A stretch of 63,583 bases of DNA, the filler included, from Octopus bimaculoides (taxonomy: Eukaryota), in NCBI RefSeq assembly GCF_001194135.2. It is 3 parts of 3 records of this genome, joined end to end, with 100 filler letters (N's around TTAATTAATTAA, not from the genome) between each part and the next. Parts side by side here need not be neighbours in the genome. Positions count along the whole stretch, not along the records: positions 1 to 30,327 come from NC_068990.1; 2 more parts are not named here. The stretch is one strand, 5' to 3'. Both the position numbers and the translations under genes were made by a program. The notes under the pieces are model-generated. The model was not told where the DNA came from. It did not search any database and was given only the letters and a program-made list of their open reading frames with translations. Below, one piece after another: positions 11,943 to 24,898 of this stretch (positions are counted from its first letter, which is position 1; the number at the start of each line of letters is the position of its first letter).

Positions 11943-13276
11943 AACAAGAATAGAATAAAGAAACACAAAATTAAAATGTATTTTTTATTAAAATTCCTTT
12001 CAGTGTTGACTTTGCTCTTTCTTCTGTTATAGAGTGGAGACTGTTGTAGAGGGTTAGTTCTGTAGACCTGTGCAACATTAAAGTCTTAGTTGAAGAGAGA
12101 CATAGAGTTACATAGAGTTACATGAAACAAGAAAACACTAATTTTCTTGTGCTGGTTCAAAGAAACGATATGTTAGAGTAATTTTCCCTGATTCTTTCCA
12201 GAATTAGAAGAGGATTGAATCCAGCACTGCAGGCTAACAAGGCACTTATCAGTTACATTATTTGACTTTGTTTACAGTGGCAATTTGGCCCTATCCTACA
12301 GTACCTATTCACTACTAGGTGCAAATTAAATGTCTTGGAAATGAATGAAATGCAGTATGAATTCTTATTTGGTCATGTTGTATTGTATTAACTTGTAGTA
12401 GTACTAACATTCAAAACTACATCAACCCATTAACAAATGATGGACATGACATATCAGGTGATCTTGGTCTATCTTTTAGCCAGTTGTTGTTCTGGTGTAT
12501 TTGTGTGGTAGTAAAACTAATGGAAAATTCCATGTAGTTCTATGCCAAATCATGGTTATAAATTGAGATGCATAAGAAATACAAAGGAGAGGAGTTAGAT
12601 GAGCCAGGAGACATGTAGAGGTTATCTTAGTGTACCAGCAGCCAAGCCATTTCGACCTTATGTTAAAAGAACACTTCACCAAGCATGAAGACTTTCATTT
12701 TCTCCTCTCACCAAACAATCATTCACACAAAATAACTACTGGTATTAAGAATAACAACATCTGGTAAGTAACCTTTGTAATGCCAATATGGAAATAAATA
12801 TGATTCATTAAAACTGAATATTATGGTTGGTTTTATGTGGCAAATGACACACAGCTCGAACAAATTTCCAGCTTCCAGCTAACCAAGCCACAAACTTAAG
12901 TATCCATGATTTCAATAGAGCAATGATAACTGCATTTAATTCTTAAAATATCATATGATGTTTATCCTATTGACAAAAATACTTTATTGCCAGAGAAAAA
13001 AATGGTAATTTTTAACATGGGTACAAGGCCAGAAAATTGACAAGGAAGTAGTTAGTTGATGAAATCACCCCCAGTACATGAATGGTACTTTATTCTATAA
13101 ACCTTGAAAGAATGAAATGACAATGTTGTCCTTGACAGGATTTGAAATCAGAATGTAGAAAGTTAGATCAAATTCCAGCTTTAATGATTCTACTCTTCAA
13201 ACATTTTCTGGAAGCAACAGCATGAAACTATTCAATATTTTTATGAAAGCTTTCAAAAGAAAGAAGTCATACTTAC

Positions 13277-13490
13277 ATCAGAAGCAGCTGTTGATGGAAC
13301 ACTTGATTTATCATAGACCCATGCATGACAGTTGACCTCTTTAGAGGTATTCCAATCATTAAAATCTGAATAGTTAAATTGATAAACCTTACATTTTCTA
13401 TTGTCACTGGGCAAGGAATGGTTTATATACCAAGCATGAGTGTCACTCTGCACTTTGTAAGTATCATTTTCCCAGCCTGGAATAGCACAC
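13277..13490 (-). CDS. SLC22-family organic cation/carnitine transporter, internal exon (large first extracellular loop)
   Basis: Acceptor ttttcatgacag and donor GAT|gtaagt. The 214 nt read (R)CAIPGWENDTYKVQSDTHAWYINHSLPSDNRKCKVYQFNYSDFNDWNTSKEVNCHAWVYDKSSVPSTAASD, matching the SLC22 HRC-x-IPG and C-xx-W-x-YD-x-S-xx-ST motifs. Confidence 0.9.
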
Positions 13491-13721
13491 CTGTCATGAA
13501 AAAAAAAAGTTACACTATTATATTTTGGTTGATAATTATAGTTTCTTTGCTAAATAAAATTATTTTATTAAGTTAATATCTACATTAAGTGAAGCTTATG
13601 AGTACATCTTTGTAAAAGAGTTCAAGAAAAAAAATATGAAAGCAATCACTGCATTACTTATATATTCAAAATAGTATTGTAATGGTGAAGTAGAATGACC
13701 CCACTCAACTTTGCTTGATCT

Positions 13722-16700
13722 TTTAGTGAATAGGCACTAAAATAACATCTAAATTTTTATAACAGCAGTAGTATATCATCATCATCATCATCATCATCGT
13801 TTAACGTCCGCTTTCCATGCTAGCATGAGTTGGACGATTTGACTGAGGACTGGTGAAACCAGATGGCTACACCAGGCTCAATCTGATTTGGCAGAGTTTC
13901 TACAGCTGGATGCCCTTCCTAACGCCAACCACTCAGAGAGTGTAGTGGGTGCTTTTACGTGCCATCGGCACGAAGGCCAGTCAGGTGGTACTGGCAACGG
14001 CCACACTCAAAATGGTGTATTAATGCAATAATAGACAACGTTCAGAAGGCTTAATAGAATATACTAATTTATTAAAAGAGGAAATTATGATAACATTAAA
14101 TCGAGGTTTGCTTGACAGCATACAGGGCATAACAGTGTCCTAAGTGAACAAAAGAAAAGTTTGAGCTACTTGTTATAGGGTCACAAATCTAGAAGAACGT
14201 GTATGCAGCATAAATAACATGTAACACTTACTGTTACTGTATATTGTAAGATGTGAACAGGATAAATGTTCGAACAGTCCATAAATAGTTATTTAGTTCT
14301 AGAATGCTTCTTCCTTTGATATTGTTTACATGGTGGAATTGAGCTCTGACAGTGATATGACAAATTATGTCTAACTTTCTTGGAGGTTTGGCTGGGACTG
14401 ATTAAAATTTTCCTGTGACTTTATAACAGGTGGCAGTGTGTATCTATGTGTGAGGTAAAGTGGTTGGCCACACTAACCAAACCATGCATAGACAGACAAC
14501 AGTTCCGCCAAACGGAAATAGTGCTCCTAAACAACCTCTTGCTCAGACCAAAAGGGCAATCAACATAAAGGAGCAAATATTCTGGAAGGTAACACATAAA
14601 TAGAAAAGGAAAAGAAGAAAATACAAAATGCTGAAAAAGAAGCACAGTAATACAGCAAGACAAAAATTAACACAGCAAAGCAAAATGAAAACATGCCCAA
14701 AAGGTAATTCCATGTGCTAAAGCTGGATGGTACTAAGTTGTCTGAATGCACCGCACACCTAGAATTTTCAAAAGCTCATGTAAGAGCTAGGATTCAAACT
14801 GCCTACCATGGTCAGTGGTCATCATAGTAGAAACGCTGTAACATGATATCCAACCCAATTCTGCTGTAATATCACACAAAGGGATGGCTTCCGGCCGACG
14901 TGTAAAGTGGTTGATGCACATAAGGTGATATGTAAAGCCTTGATTAACTGGCCACTAGATTGATATGGATGTTACTTAGATGAGTGTCCAGGGTGCTGAA
15001 CATACTGAGAGGCACATGAATGTGCCTATGCACTTTAGCTTTTCAGCAGGAGAGACAAGAACATGACCAAGCAGTGATATCTCAGCTCATATTTGGCCAG
15101 AAGAATCTAGCTGAAATGAGTTTCACTGTGGCTGAAGCTCCAGGATGTGAGAGACTATGCAGAGTCTGGAAAACAATTCAACAGTGAGTCTCTGGAACAA
15201 GAAGACATGGTATATCCATCGAGATGTCACATAATATTTGCATGAGAGAAGTAGGCACAGGCAAGTACTTAAATTTACACGTTGCAAATTCTGGTTAAGC
15301 AAGATTGATTGACTCTAGGGGAGGCTGATCCACAGAAAGAAGATGGAAGTTGATATCTGAAGGTGACAAAGAATTTACATGGAGGCAAGAGAGAATATCT
15401 GCCACTGCATTCTGTGCACCAGAGATATGATGAATATCATTGGTAAACTGTGAAACAAAATTTAGGTCACGAGTTTTGTAAGGTGAATATCTGTTGGGCT
15501 TCAAATGAAGCGCAAAAGTAAGCGGACGATGATCGGTATAGATTATAAATTGGCAACTTTCAAGTGCGTGTTGAAAGTGTTTAACTGCCAGGTACATAGC
15601 CAGAAGTTCATGGCTGGACATGCTTAAACTGTCTAAAGAAGATAGCAAGAGGTTGTACTTGCTGCTGGTGATGTTGCTTCAAAACTGCACCAACAGCTGT
15701 GTCTGATGCATCCACGACCAGTGAAAGCTGGGCATCAGACACAGGATATTTGAGAAGAGAAGCACTAACCAATGCCTGTTAGACTTTGGTAAATGCCTCA
15801 AGATGAACCAGATCAAGAGAAATAGGTTCGTCTTTCTTTTTTCTATTTTGTAAAAGATCAGACAGAGGGGACAGGAAGTTTGCACAATGTGGAATAAAAT
15901 GGTGATAATAATTAAGAAGACCAAGGAACTGTCAAGGCTGTCACAAAAAAGTAGGTGAGGGAATATCCTGAAGAGCATTCACTTTATCTGGAAGTGGTGC
16001 TGTTCCATCAGCGCTGATGATGTGGCCCAAAAAGATAAGTGAAAACAACACACCAAAAACACACTTTGCAAGGTTAATGTGAACTTGGTACTGCCTAAAC
16101 CACTCAAAAAGTAGGTGAGTGCTATGTTCTTCCAGCGAAGCACTTGCAACCAGAATATCATTGATATAGGAGTATACGAAGTCAAAATCGTGAACGACCT
16201 CATCCATGAAATGCTGGAAGGTACTTGCAGCATTTCGTAACCCAAACAGCATAGTTAAAAATTCAAATGCCCCAAGCAGGATTCACCAGTATTTGACGTC
16301 CAATTTCGAAAAGATGGTACATCAGTGGAGAGAAGAAGCAAAATCTTGGATGTGAGCGATCTGGCACAGTGATTGAATTCAAGCACCTGAAGTCTCCTGT
16401 CAGATGCCAACTCCAGAGCGTTTCATGACCATATGTAATGGAGATGTCTATGGACTAGAAAAAGGGCGAATGATCCCCAATTACAACATATGATTGAATT
16501 CTGCCTTGACCACTTTCAATTTCTCCTGAGAGAGATGAGGAGGGTGAGAAAAGACAGAAGCACTCTTGGTTTCAATAAAATGTTTGATAGAGTGAGTAGG
16601 AGTACTCACTACAAAATTCAAATTGGTTAATTCTGGAAAGGAATGTAAAAGGTATGGGTCATCAGAAGCAGCGAAAAAGAAAATTGGACTGATTGCTGGA

Positions 16701-19014
16701 TTCAATAGTTTATGACCAGAAACAAAAAGATCCATGTTCACATCCAATAAACAATGTGCATGCATATCCTCGAGAAGATTGTAGTGATGTAAGAAATCAA
16801 TGCCCAGGATAGGATATGGCAAATCTGCAACGATGAAAACCCAGGTAAAATCTCTATGCAAATTCAGGTCCAAAAGCAAGAGATTTGGCCATAAGTAGGA
16901 ATATGAGAATGATTGAGAGCTTGCAAAGAAATTGGTGAAAGTGGGGGTTTATCCTTAAGAAGCTTCAAGGGCCAAATACTAAAAGTCACCTCAGTATCAA
17001 TCAGACAGCGTACATATGAAGACGAATCCATAACAAAGAATGCACAATTATGAGTGTGCGCTGGTGGGGTAGGTGACCTGCTCAGTTCTCCAGTGAAGAA
17101 TTTCTCTGCTTAGAAAAAGAACAAGGCTGTTTACTCTGGTGTGTGGAAGTACCAAAATGTTTGTGATACTAATAAAACGATGATGAATATGAAGGATATT
17201 GGCGACGTGGCAAAAAAGAATGATTTCATGGCTGACATCGAGGAGACTGAGTGCATGAGACACATAAGAGTTGCACTTCTCTAGTAAAATCCAATATTGC
17301 CTTTAATGTAGCAGCCGCAGTGGGCTGATCCGACGACAATTAAGCAACTTGCCAAAAGAAAGAAGAATAGTTTGCTGTTGGTCCTAACGAAGTAGATGTG
17401 GCAGGGTTACCAGTATAATCCATGATTTTGTCTGCAGAAAAAGCTAGTTAATCTGCTGAACTGGTTTCCATCATAGGTGCCAAAATGGCCTGAATATTAG
17501 GTGGCAGCCTGGAGAAAAAGAGTTGTTTGATCATTACACTATCTGCCAGCACGTTTTTCAGCCAGTTCCTTCATTCATCATAATAGCTGTGAAAGCATAT
17601 GATCACCAAGGAGTTCATCATTCACTAATATGCGAAATTTTTACTCTGCCAATAAAGATGCCAATAAAGAAGTCCGTCATAAGATCTTTGTTTTAATACT
17701 GTAATAAGTGACATCTGCTGGCAGATCGGTAATGAGATCCTTAATTGTCAATGTTAAAGAAGCTGGTTTAACAGTGAGTAATATGTGAAGCTGTTGTGCC
17801 TCTGAGGATATGTTATTAGCCATGCACGAACATCACTGATAAAATTTGGCAATGAGTTGTTACCCATGATGGAAGGACAGTGAAAACTTCGATAAGAAAA
17901 GAATCAGAAATAGCAGCTAGGAACACTGGGTCTCTTGAAGAAGGCAAGGAAGAAATAATGACCTCCTACTTGAAAAATGAAAGGTTTTGTTTGCCTGGAG
18001 ATGAATATACACCAAACTGGTGAGAAAAGAAGAATAAGTCTTTCATCAAAATGTTATAAAAATCACGAAGTCATCACACATGGAAAATCCAAGGCAGGCG
18101 AATTTAACAGGGAACCCATGGCATTTGGTGTATACATCCACTGTGCATGCTCAGAGCAGCAAATTCACAGGAAAAATCGAGGAAGATGAAGACAGGTGCC
18201 ATGTTGGACTAAGCTCCAAGCTGTATTCACTGGCATAAAACATTGGCAGTCGACATTGTGGGAGAAAAATACTTCAGAAGGAGATTATTTCAAAGAATAT
18301 GTATTTCCCTGGAAGAAGGATGCATACTCTGTTAGGTACAAGTTTGAGATGAAGAAGATGAATTCTAGAGTTTCACTTGAATCACCAATTTTTAGTGGAG
18401 ATTTGAGTGAAGACTGCAGTTCTTTCAGTTCAGGGTTATCAATTTTTAGTGAATAGGCACTAAAATAACATCTGACTTTTCATAACAGTGGTAGTACAAT
18501 ACCTTGTAAAGCAATAATAGACAATGTTCAGAAGGCTTAATAGAACATAATTTATTATAAGAGGAAATGACAATAGCATTAAATCGAGGTTTGCTTGACA
18601 GCATACAGAGCATAACAGTGTCTTAAGTGAACAAAAGAAAAGTTTGAGCTACTTGTTATAGGGTCACGAATCCAGAAGAAGGTGTATGCAGCATAAATAA
18701 CACGTAACACTTACTGTTACTGTATATTGCAAAATGTGAACAGGATAAATGCTCGAACAGTCCATAAATAGTCATTTAGTTCTAGAGTATTTCTTCCTTT
18801 GATATTGTCTACATGGTGGAGTTGAGCTCTGACAGCGACATGACAAATTACATCTGATTTTCTTGGAGGCTTGGCTGGGACTGATTAAAATTTTCCTGTG
18901 ACTTTATAATAGGCAACAGTGTGTATCTATGTGAGAGGCAAAACGGTTGGCTAACCTAACCAAATCACACAGAGATGGATAACAGTTCTGCCAAAGGGAA
19001 ATAGTTCTCCTACA
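13722..19014 (-). mobile_element. Second Ty3/Gypsy element, degenerate, with both LTRs
   Basis: Direct repeats at 13722-14531 and 18445-19014 (minus strand starts TGTAGG). PBS-like TTGATAACCCTG, gag about 17400-17950, protease (FLIDTE..FIVADLPYPILGIDFL), RT (MLFGLRNAASTFQ..YINDIL), RNase H (FIIYTDHRPL) and integrase (FTRRPEAIPL). Possible TSD atct/atca. Confidence 0.85.
13776..14020. mobile_element. RTE-tail-type non-autonomous retroposon inserted in the Gypsy 3' LTR
   Basis: (CAT)n followed by cgtttaacgtccgctttccatgctagcatg. Absent from the partner LTR; related copies at about 3070, 57850, 58420, 59110 and 62320. Confidence 0.75.
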
Positions 19015-19512
19015 ATCAAAACTTCACTTAAAACTATAGTAATTTCACAAACCAACTGCCACTGATAATGCCACATTATATCTATCTAGAACAGATTCTT
19101 CCATTTTACCTTGTGTATCCCAGTTTTAGAATAAGTGCACCACATCTTTGCATGTTATAAGAGGCAACTAAAAATCTTGGCAATAAGAAGGGCAACACTA
19201 CTTCAGAAAAATCATTCAACTCATATCAGCACATGTTAATGAGAATGATTACCAGAGTCTCACATTCTGCTAGTCTTGTACAAATATTTTCCTACTCAGA
19301 TTATTAGATCTACATTAGGGTTTCAGTTTGGCAGTATTTCATTATATAAGGCACATGCATGGCTGTGTGATTAAGAAGTCTGCTTCTCAACTACTTGGTT
19401 TTGTGTTCAGACCCAGGATGTGGTATCTTGGGCAAGTATTTTTTTAATTATAGCCTGGGCCCAGCTAAGTTTTGTGAGTAAATTTGGTAGATGGAAACTT
19501 AAAGAAGACAAC

Positions 19513-19600
<88 letters not shown>

Positions 19601-19869
19601 TGTGTGTATGTGTGTGTGTGCGTGCGTGTGTGAGTGTATTTGTGTCATCTTGTCTTGTTATCATGAGATGGTTATATAGGACCATCACTATTATAGAAGC
19701 AGTGTTTTTTTTATTTTCAATCTGCCATGAAACATCCAGCCATAGGGAAATATTACCTTGCTTGAAAACAGGTAGGGGTTGGTGATAGGAAGTTCATCTG
19801 GCTGTTGAAAATCTGCATCAATGAATTCTGTCTTACCCATGCACAGAAGGAAAAGTGAATGTTAAAACT

Positions 19870-19907
<38 letters not shown>

Positions 19908-20576
19908 ATTTTTTACAGACATCAAAATAAAATTATTTTGTACTCTCTAACAGTATTTCTCATGTCTCCTTTGATGTTGTGCTCTTGATTGACAACTACT
20001 GGTTCAGTGAATAAGATGTTTTCTTTGCTAAAAAGTTAATAGCATGTATCATTTACTCGAGATGAAACAGTTAATCCCATCTACCTTAATAAAAGAGCAG
20101 ACAGAAGCAAGGTGAGTTGTTAGTTATGAAACAATTAGTTATAATTTAGTGGTGTGTAGTTTATAGACTCAAGATTCTCTTCACTTACATAAGCATAAAT
20201 GTTTAGGTATATTCATCTTAAAACATCTCCATTTATACAGGAATATATAAGTACACAGTAGATACATAGATGTCCAAATATATTGATTATTTCTTTTTTC
20301 AAGAGGGAAAAACAGTGCCTATGGCTTTTTAATTTTCTTGAGCTTCCAAGACTTCTGGGAGAGGGGAGAATGTCATCTTCAAACTGGAAACTTAACCTTA
20401 AAGATTGCAACAGAGTGAAATCTGCTATAGTTTACCAAGGACCATCTGCCAATCTCTTAAACAGGAAAGAAAAAATATGAAAAATACAGACAAATCTACT
20501 TCAAAGTGCACCTCATCATCTTATACAAGGAAAACAAGGAAAAGATACTTAGGATAACACAATCCTAGATGTAATC

Positions 20577-21086
20577 TTAAGAAGGGAGTAGTCCAGGTTG
20601 AAATACCTTTAACTTGTGCGATGCGCTTTCCCACAGCTCGTCTCTCTGACTGAGCTGCAGTCGTGGATCAAGAAGAGGCCGAGGAAGGGCGAATGGCACC
20701 GCGAGTGTCACATTGCTCTGGAGCAACTCTGCCCGGGTTGACCTTGACAGCAGTCGTTTGACATAAGCCCACAAGTCAGAAATGGTTGAACACTGCACGG
20801 GTGCATGCAGAATGGTTTCGTCGCTCTGACCGCATTTCGGGCAGGTCGGCCTGGTGTTTCTCAAGCCATGCCTGCAGAGCTTATCCCGAACAGGTAGTGC
20901 TTCTCAATAGCACTGCCAGGCCAGGGATCTCTGGAAGTTGTCCATCATAGGTCCCGGCCCGAAAGTCGTCTTGAACAGGCGGGTCAGGTATTCCTTGTCG
21001 ATGCCCAGGTTCGCCCCGAGATCGTCATTGTACCTCCCCTCCACTAATCCCCTACAAAATGCTTTGGTTGTGATGCAGTCACTCAA
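20577..21086 (-). mobile_element. Tx1/L1-clade LINE 3' fragment (zf-RVT region)
   Basis: Reads MMDNFQRSLAWQCY.EALPVRDKL and TCPKCGQSDETILHAPVQC. A related fragment lies at about 31030-31140. Confidence 0.75.
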
Positions 21087-21237
21087 GGTCTATGTGTATG
21101 TTTTGGTTGTATACATCTGTATATTTTTCTTGTATGTATATATCTGTGTATATATATGTATGGATGTGGGAATCTGTGTAAAACTTTATGTATGAGTAGT
21201 ATGTGTGTATAGATATGTATTTGTATATATGTGTGTG

Positions 21238-21346
<109 letters not shown>

Positions 21347-21799
21347 ATATATATATGTATGTATGTGTGTGTGTATGTATATCTGCTAGTTTTGTCATCT
21401 TTATCTATATAATAATGCTGAATTTGAAAAATTAATTTTTTAGTGGATTAATTCAAAATTTTGAATCCTTTGAGTGCATGTTCTTGTAGTTACTGTAAAT
21501 TACATCATTATACTAGTAATCTAATATCAATTACAAATTACAAATAGGATGCCTTCATTATACTAAATAATTATTTGTATAAATACATTCATTTAACTTA
21601 TTATTATTATTATTATTATTATTATATTATTATTATTATTATTTTAAAAGGATTGACGTAGCTCTTCACAAAGATTAACAGACAAGATGAAGAGTGTGAT
21701 GCAATTGCAATAGATATTTTATTGGTTGAACAATATTTTGACACTCCGTGAAATTAAATTCAAAGATAGGAAATGCTTAAACATTCAAAATTAAATAGG

Positions 21800-23200
21800 A
21801 ATAACTGCATTTCTTTCTAAGTGAAACGACATCATCAGCCTTTGGTCTTTTTCCAAAGGTAGCAGAAGGAAGGAGAGAAACAAGAAAACAAAAAGAAAAA
21901 AAAAACTGGAGAAAAAATTATTCAGTCAAAACGTTTAGTATAAATATGGTGGAATTCATCTGCCATTTTATTAATTCCTCCAGGCTGAGATGTCAACAGT
22001 TCACAAATATATCTATCATCATGGGTTTTGAGGACTGAACGTGCAGTAGAATGAGGGCATTTTTTGAAAACGTGCACCTTCAGATCCTCCTCAAATTTAC
22101 ACCTGTTTGATGTGAAATGCTCCGCAAGTTCTGTGGAACTACTGTTATTGTGCCTGATGTTGTACCTATGTCCGTTAAATCTTTTTTGCAATCATTCTGT
22201 TGTGCAGCCAACATGAATCATTTTGTGTTTGGTGCTTTCCGCTGCATACACCAAATGGGAATCCTTACAGGTCCCTCCTTCTGTGTAAATCATAACATTT
22301 CTGTTATAATTCTTGATGGAATTGGTCTGACTGATGTTATTGCATAACAAATAGGGCTTACTTATCTTATGAGTGTTTTTGAGGATGCTGCATTCAAAAA
22401 CTCCAGTTGACTTTTTATTAGAGGTACTGGTCAATATTTCTGTAATATTTCTATTATGTCTAAAGGCTACAATAGGCAGAAGAGGAAATATTTGTCGGAA
22501 ATGAGGATATTTTTCTGAAATATGTTGGTAACTGTCATGCAACACTTTTGAAATGCTAGCAAAACTTCGGTGCCTGTTAATCACTAAAGGAATTTGGCCA
22601 TAAGCTCTTTTCTGACTGCTAAAATTAGGTGTGAAAGTTTGATTATCATTACTAATTTCAGCTATGTCATTTGCAATTTCCTTTAATCGTGATTCACTAT
22701 AACCGTGCTTTACATAATAGCACACAAAAGTATTTGCATGTTTCCAATAATCCCCAGTGTCTGTGCAAATACATCTAATCCTTAAAAATTGTGACTTTGG
22801 ATTTGATCTGACTGTATGATGTGGATGATTAGAGCAGCGGTGGAGATAAATATGGGATGACGTGAGTTTGCAGAATAATTCTGTGACTATTTGGCCTTCC
22901 AAAAAGTTGACTTTTGTGTCCAAAAATTCAACGCTAGTTTTTGAAAAACTCGACATGAATTTTATTTTGGACTTAAAAGCCACAGTCTTCCATTAAGCAG
23001 TCACAGAAATGTAAAAATTTGACTAAACTATCTTGTGTTCCTTCCCAGACAAAAAAAGATGTCATCAATGAACCGTAACCAGAGTATAGGTTCATGACCA
23101 TGCAGGAATTTGAATGTCTCCATTAATTGCATTTCAAATTTTGTCATGAAGACATTTGCGAAATTAACTGCCATAGGAGTACCCATGGTGCATCCTTTCA
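21800..23200 (-). mobile_element. Penelope-like element (RT C-terminus, thumb, GIY-YIG endonuclease)
   Basis: Motifs GCTMGTPMAVNFANVFM, WLRFIDDIF, VEFLDTKV, YLHRCSNHP and LVYAAES..HVGCTTE.LQKRFNGHR. Confidence 0.92.
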
Positions 23201-23559
23201 TTTGTCCAGGGTTTAGCTCAACCAGCAAGGCTGATAAACCAACGGTAAAAAGGAACAAAATACAAAAGCTGTATTTTGTTTTATGATTTTCCTTGGACTC
23301 CTGCCTCTTGAGATAATTTCCAGGACCTTTAAATGTTCCAATTCTTATACAGTGTAATATATAATCAATCATCTTCTCAATCTACTTGATTTTGATAATA
23401 TTTCAAGATTGAAGTTACTTTTTTTGTCATACCAATCAGAAAATGAAAAAATAGCAGTTCTGTTTAGTATATCAGATAAAGGTGTCAGTGCCAAGCAGAA
23501 AATGAATGGAGAGAGTGTGACTCCCTGGAATATTTCTCTGTTGGTGCTGCATTGATCTC

Positions 23560-23710
23560 TATTTTGTTTTTGCTAAGTTTTTGGGAGAATATTTTGGGGT
23601 TGTAGTTGTTTGTTTTGTTCAAAGAAACGTTGGAGTTTCTCATACTGGTAGATTCTTTGTGCTTTGGCAAGGATATCCTGCTTTAGATGTTCTTTTACCT
23701 CAGGTATACC
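23560..23710 (-). mobile_element. R4/Dong-like LINE fragment upstream of RT
   Basis: Reads EHLKQDILAKAQRIYQYEK..RFFEQNKQ. A similar fragment lies at about 47620-47730 (+). Confidence 0.55.
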
Positions 23711-23724
23711 TTGTTCTGTAATTA

Positions 23725-23801
23725 TCATTGTCATCATCATCATCATCACCATCATCATCACCATCATCGCCGTCGTTGTCGTCGTCGTCGTCGTCGTCGT
23801 T

Positions 23802-23877
<76 letters not shown>

Positions 23878-23900
23878 TCATCATCATCATCATCATCATT
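23725..23900. repeat. Compound (CAT)n-(CGT)n-(CAT)n microsatellite
   Basis: Directly visible; about 35 CGT units flanked by CAT tracts. Confidence 0.95.
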
Positions 23901-24898
23901 ATGTGTAGGTGTGTGTGTGTGTCACTACCAGCATGGAATATACAAAATCATTCATAAATGCCTTCCTTCTTTAGTTCCATTTGTGTTTTGTCTCTACATA
24001 GAGACTGGTTTGCCTTTTGAACCTAATAAACTTGATAAAATACACACCATTTAAAGTACTGGAGTGGAGGAATTTGATATAATTGATAAAACCTTTGAAG
24101 TCCATGCGCCAGCATGTCTACAGTTTTATGATTGAGACATTAAAGAAAAAAGAACATATATCTGGAAAGTATAATTTCTTTTCTTAATTCTATGAATTAC
24201 TTATTGCTTGCAATTTTGTTTGAATTTCATACTTAATTACAGTTTCTTTTATCATACAACAAATAGAATAGAACAGATTAATAAAGGCACAAAGTGACAT
24301 AAATTATATTTTGTGACTTTCATAATGATCATTAAATATTATCTTTAATATCTTACTACTGAGCTTTTTATTTTTTATCTTCTCTGCCCATTGTTTTCTG
24401 TAAAATACTTTAGCATAGAAATAAGTGGTTTCATTACTTTTCCTCATAATTGCCTCTTGTAAAATTCCATCAGACATATGAAAATACAAATTTAAATACA
24501 TTCATGTATATATACAGATATACACATGTATGCAGAGACATACACACATATATCCACACATTCGCATAACAATTATTTCCAGTTAGAATTTTAATTTTCC
24601 TTGTATTGAATATATTATCAATAGTTTGACTAATATGTAAATTATTAGATTTGACATTGCATGCATCATTTATAGAAAAGCTTACGACCTAGTCCTACAC
24701 CTGTGGATCAAATGATGCCAAGAACTCTTCAAGATCTTGTCAAGGGCTAGGTGCCTGTTAGGAAATGCAATGTGTCATTGGAGAGTAGAGTTAATATCAG
24801 AAGGGAAAAAACTAACAGATATACACATCAAATGAAGAATTAACTCAAAAGACGACATCCTCTTTTTCATTTTGCTTGTAATTGCACTAATCCCTTAT

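Noticed and set aside
21795-21840. Hammerhead at the Penelope 3' end (CUGAUGA..GAAAU)
   Set aside because: The position is plausible, but stems I and II do not pair convincingly; it is kept only as a decayed candidate.
23200-23372. MIDYILHCIRIGTFKG..YSFCILFLFTVGLSALL as a possible SLC22 first exon
   Set aside because: The resemblance to FDDIL..IGEFG is only superficial, I found no suitable phase-2 donor, and the frame runs into Penelope RT.
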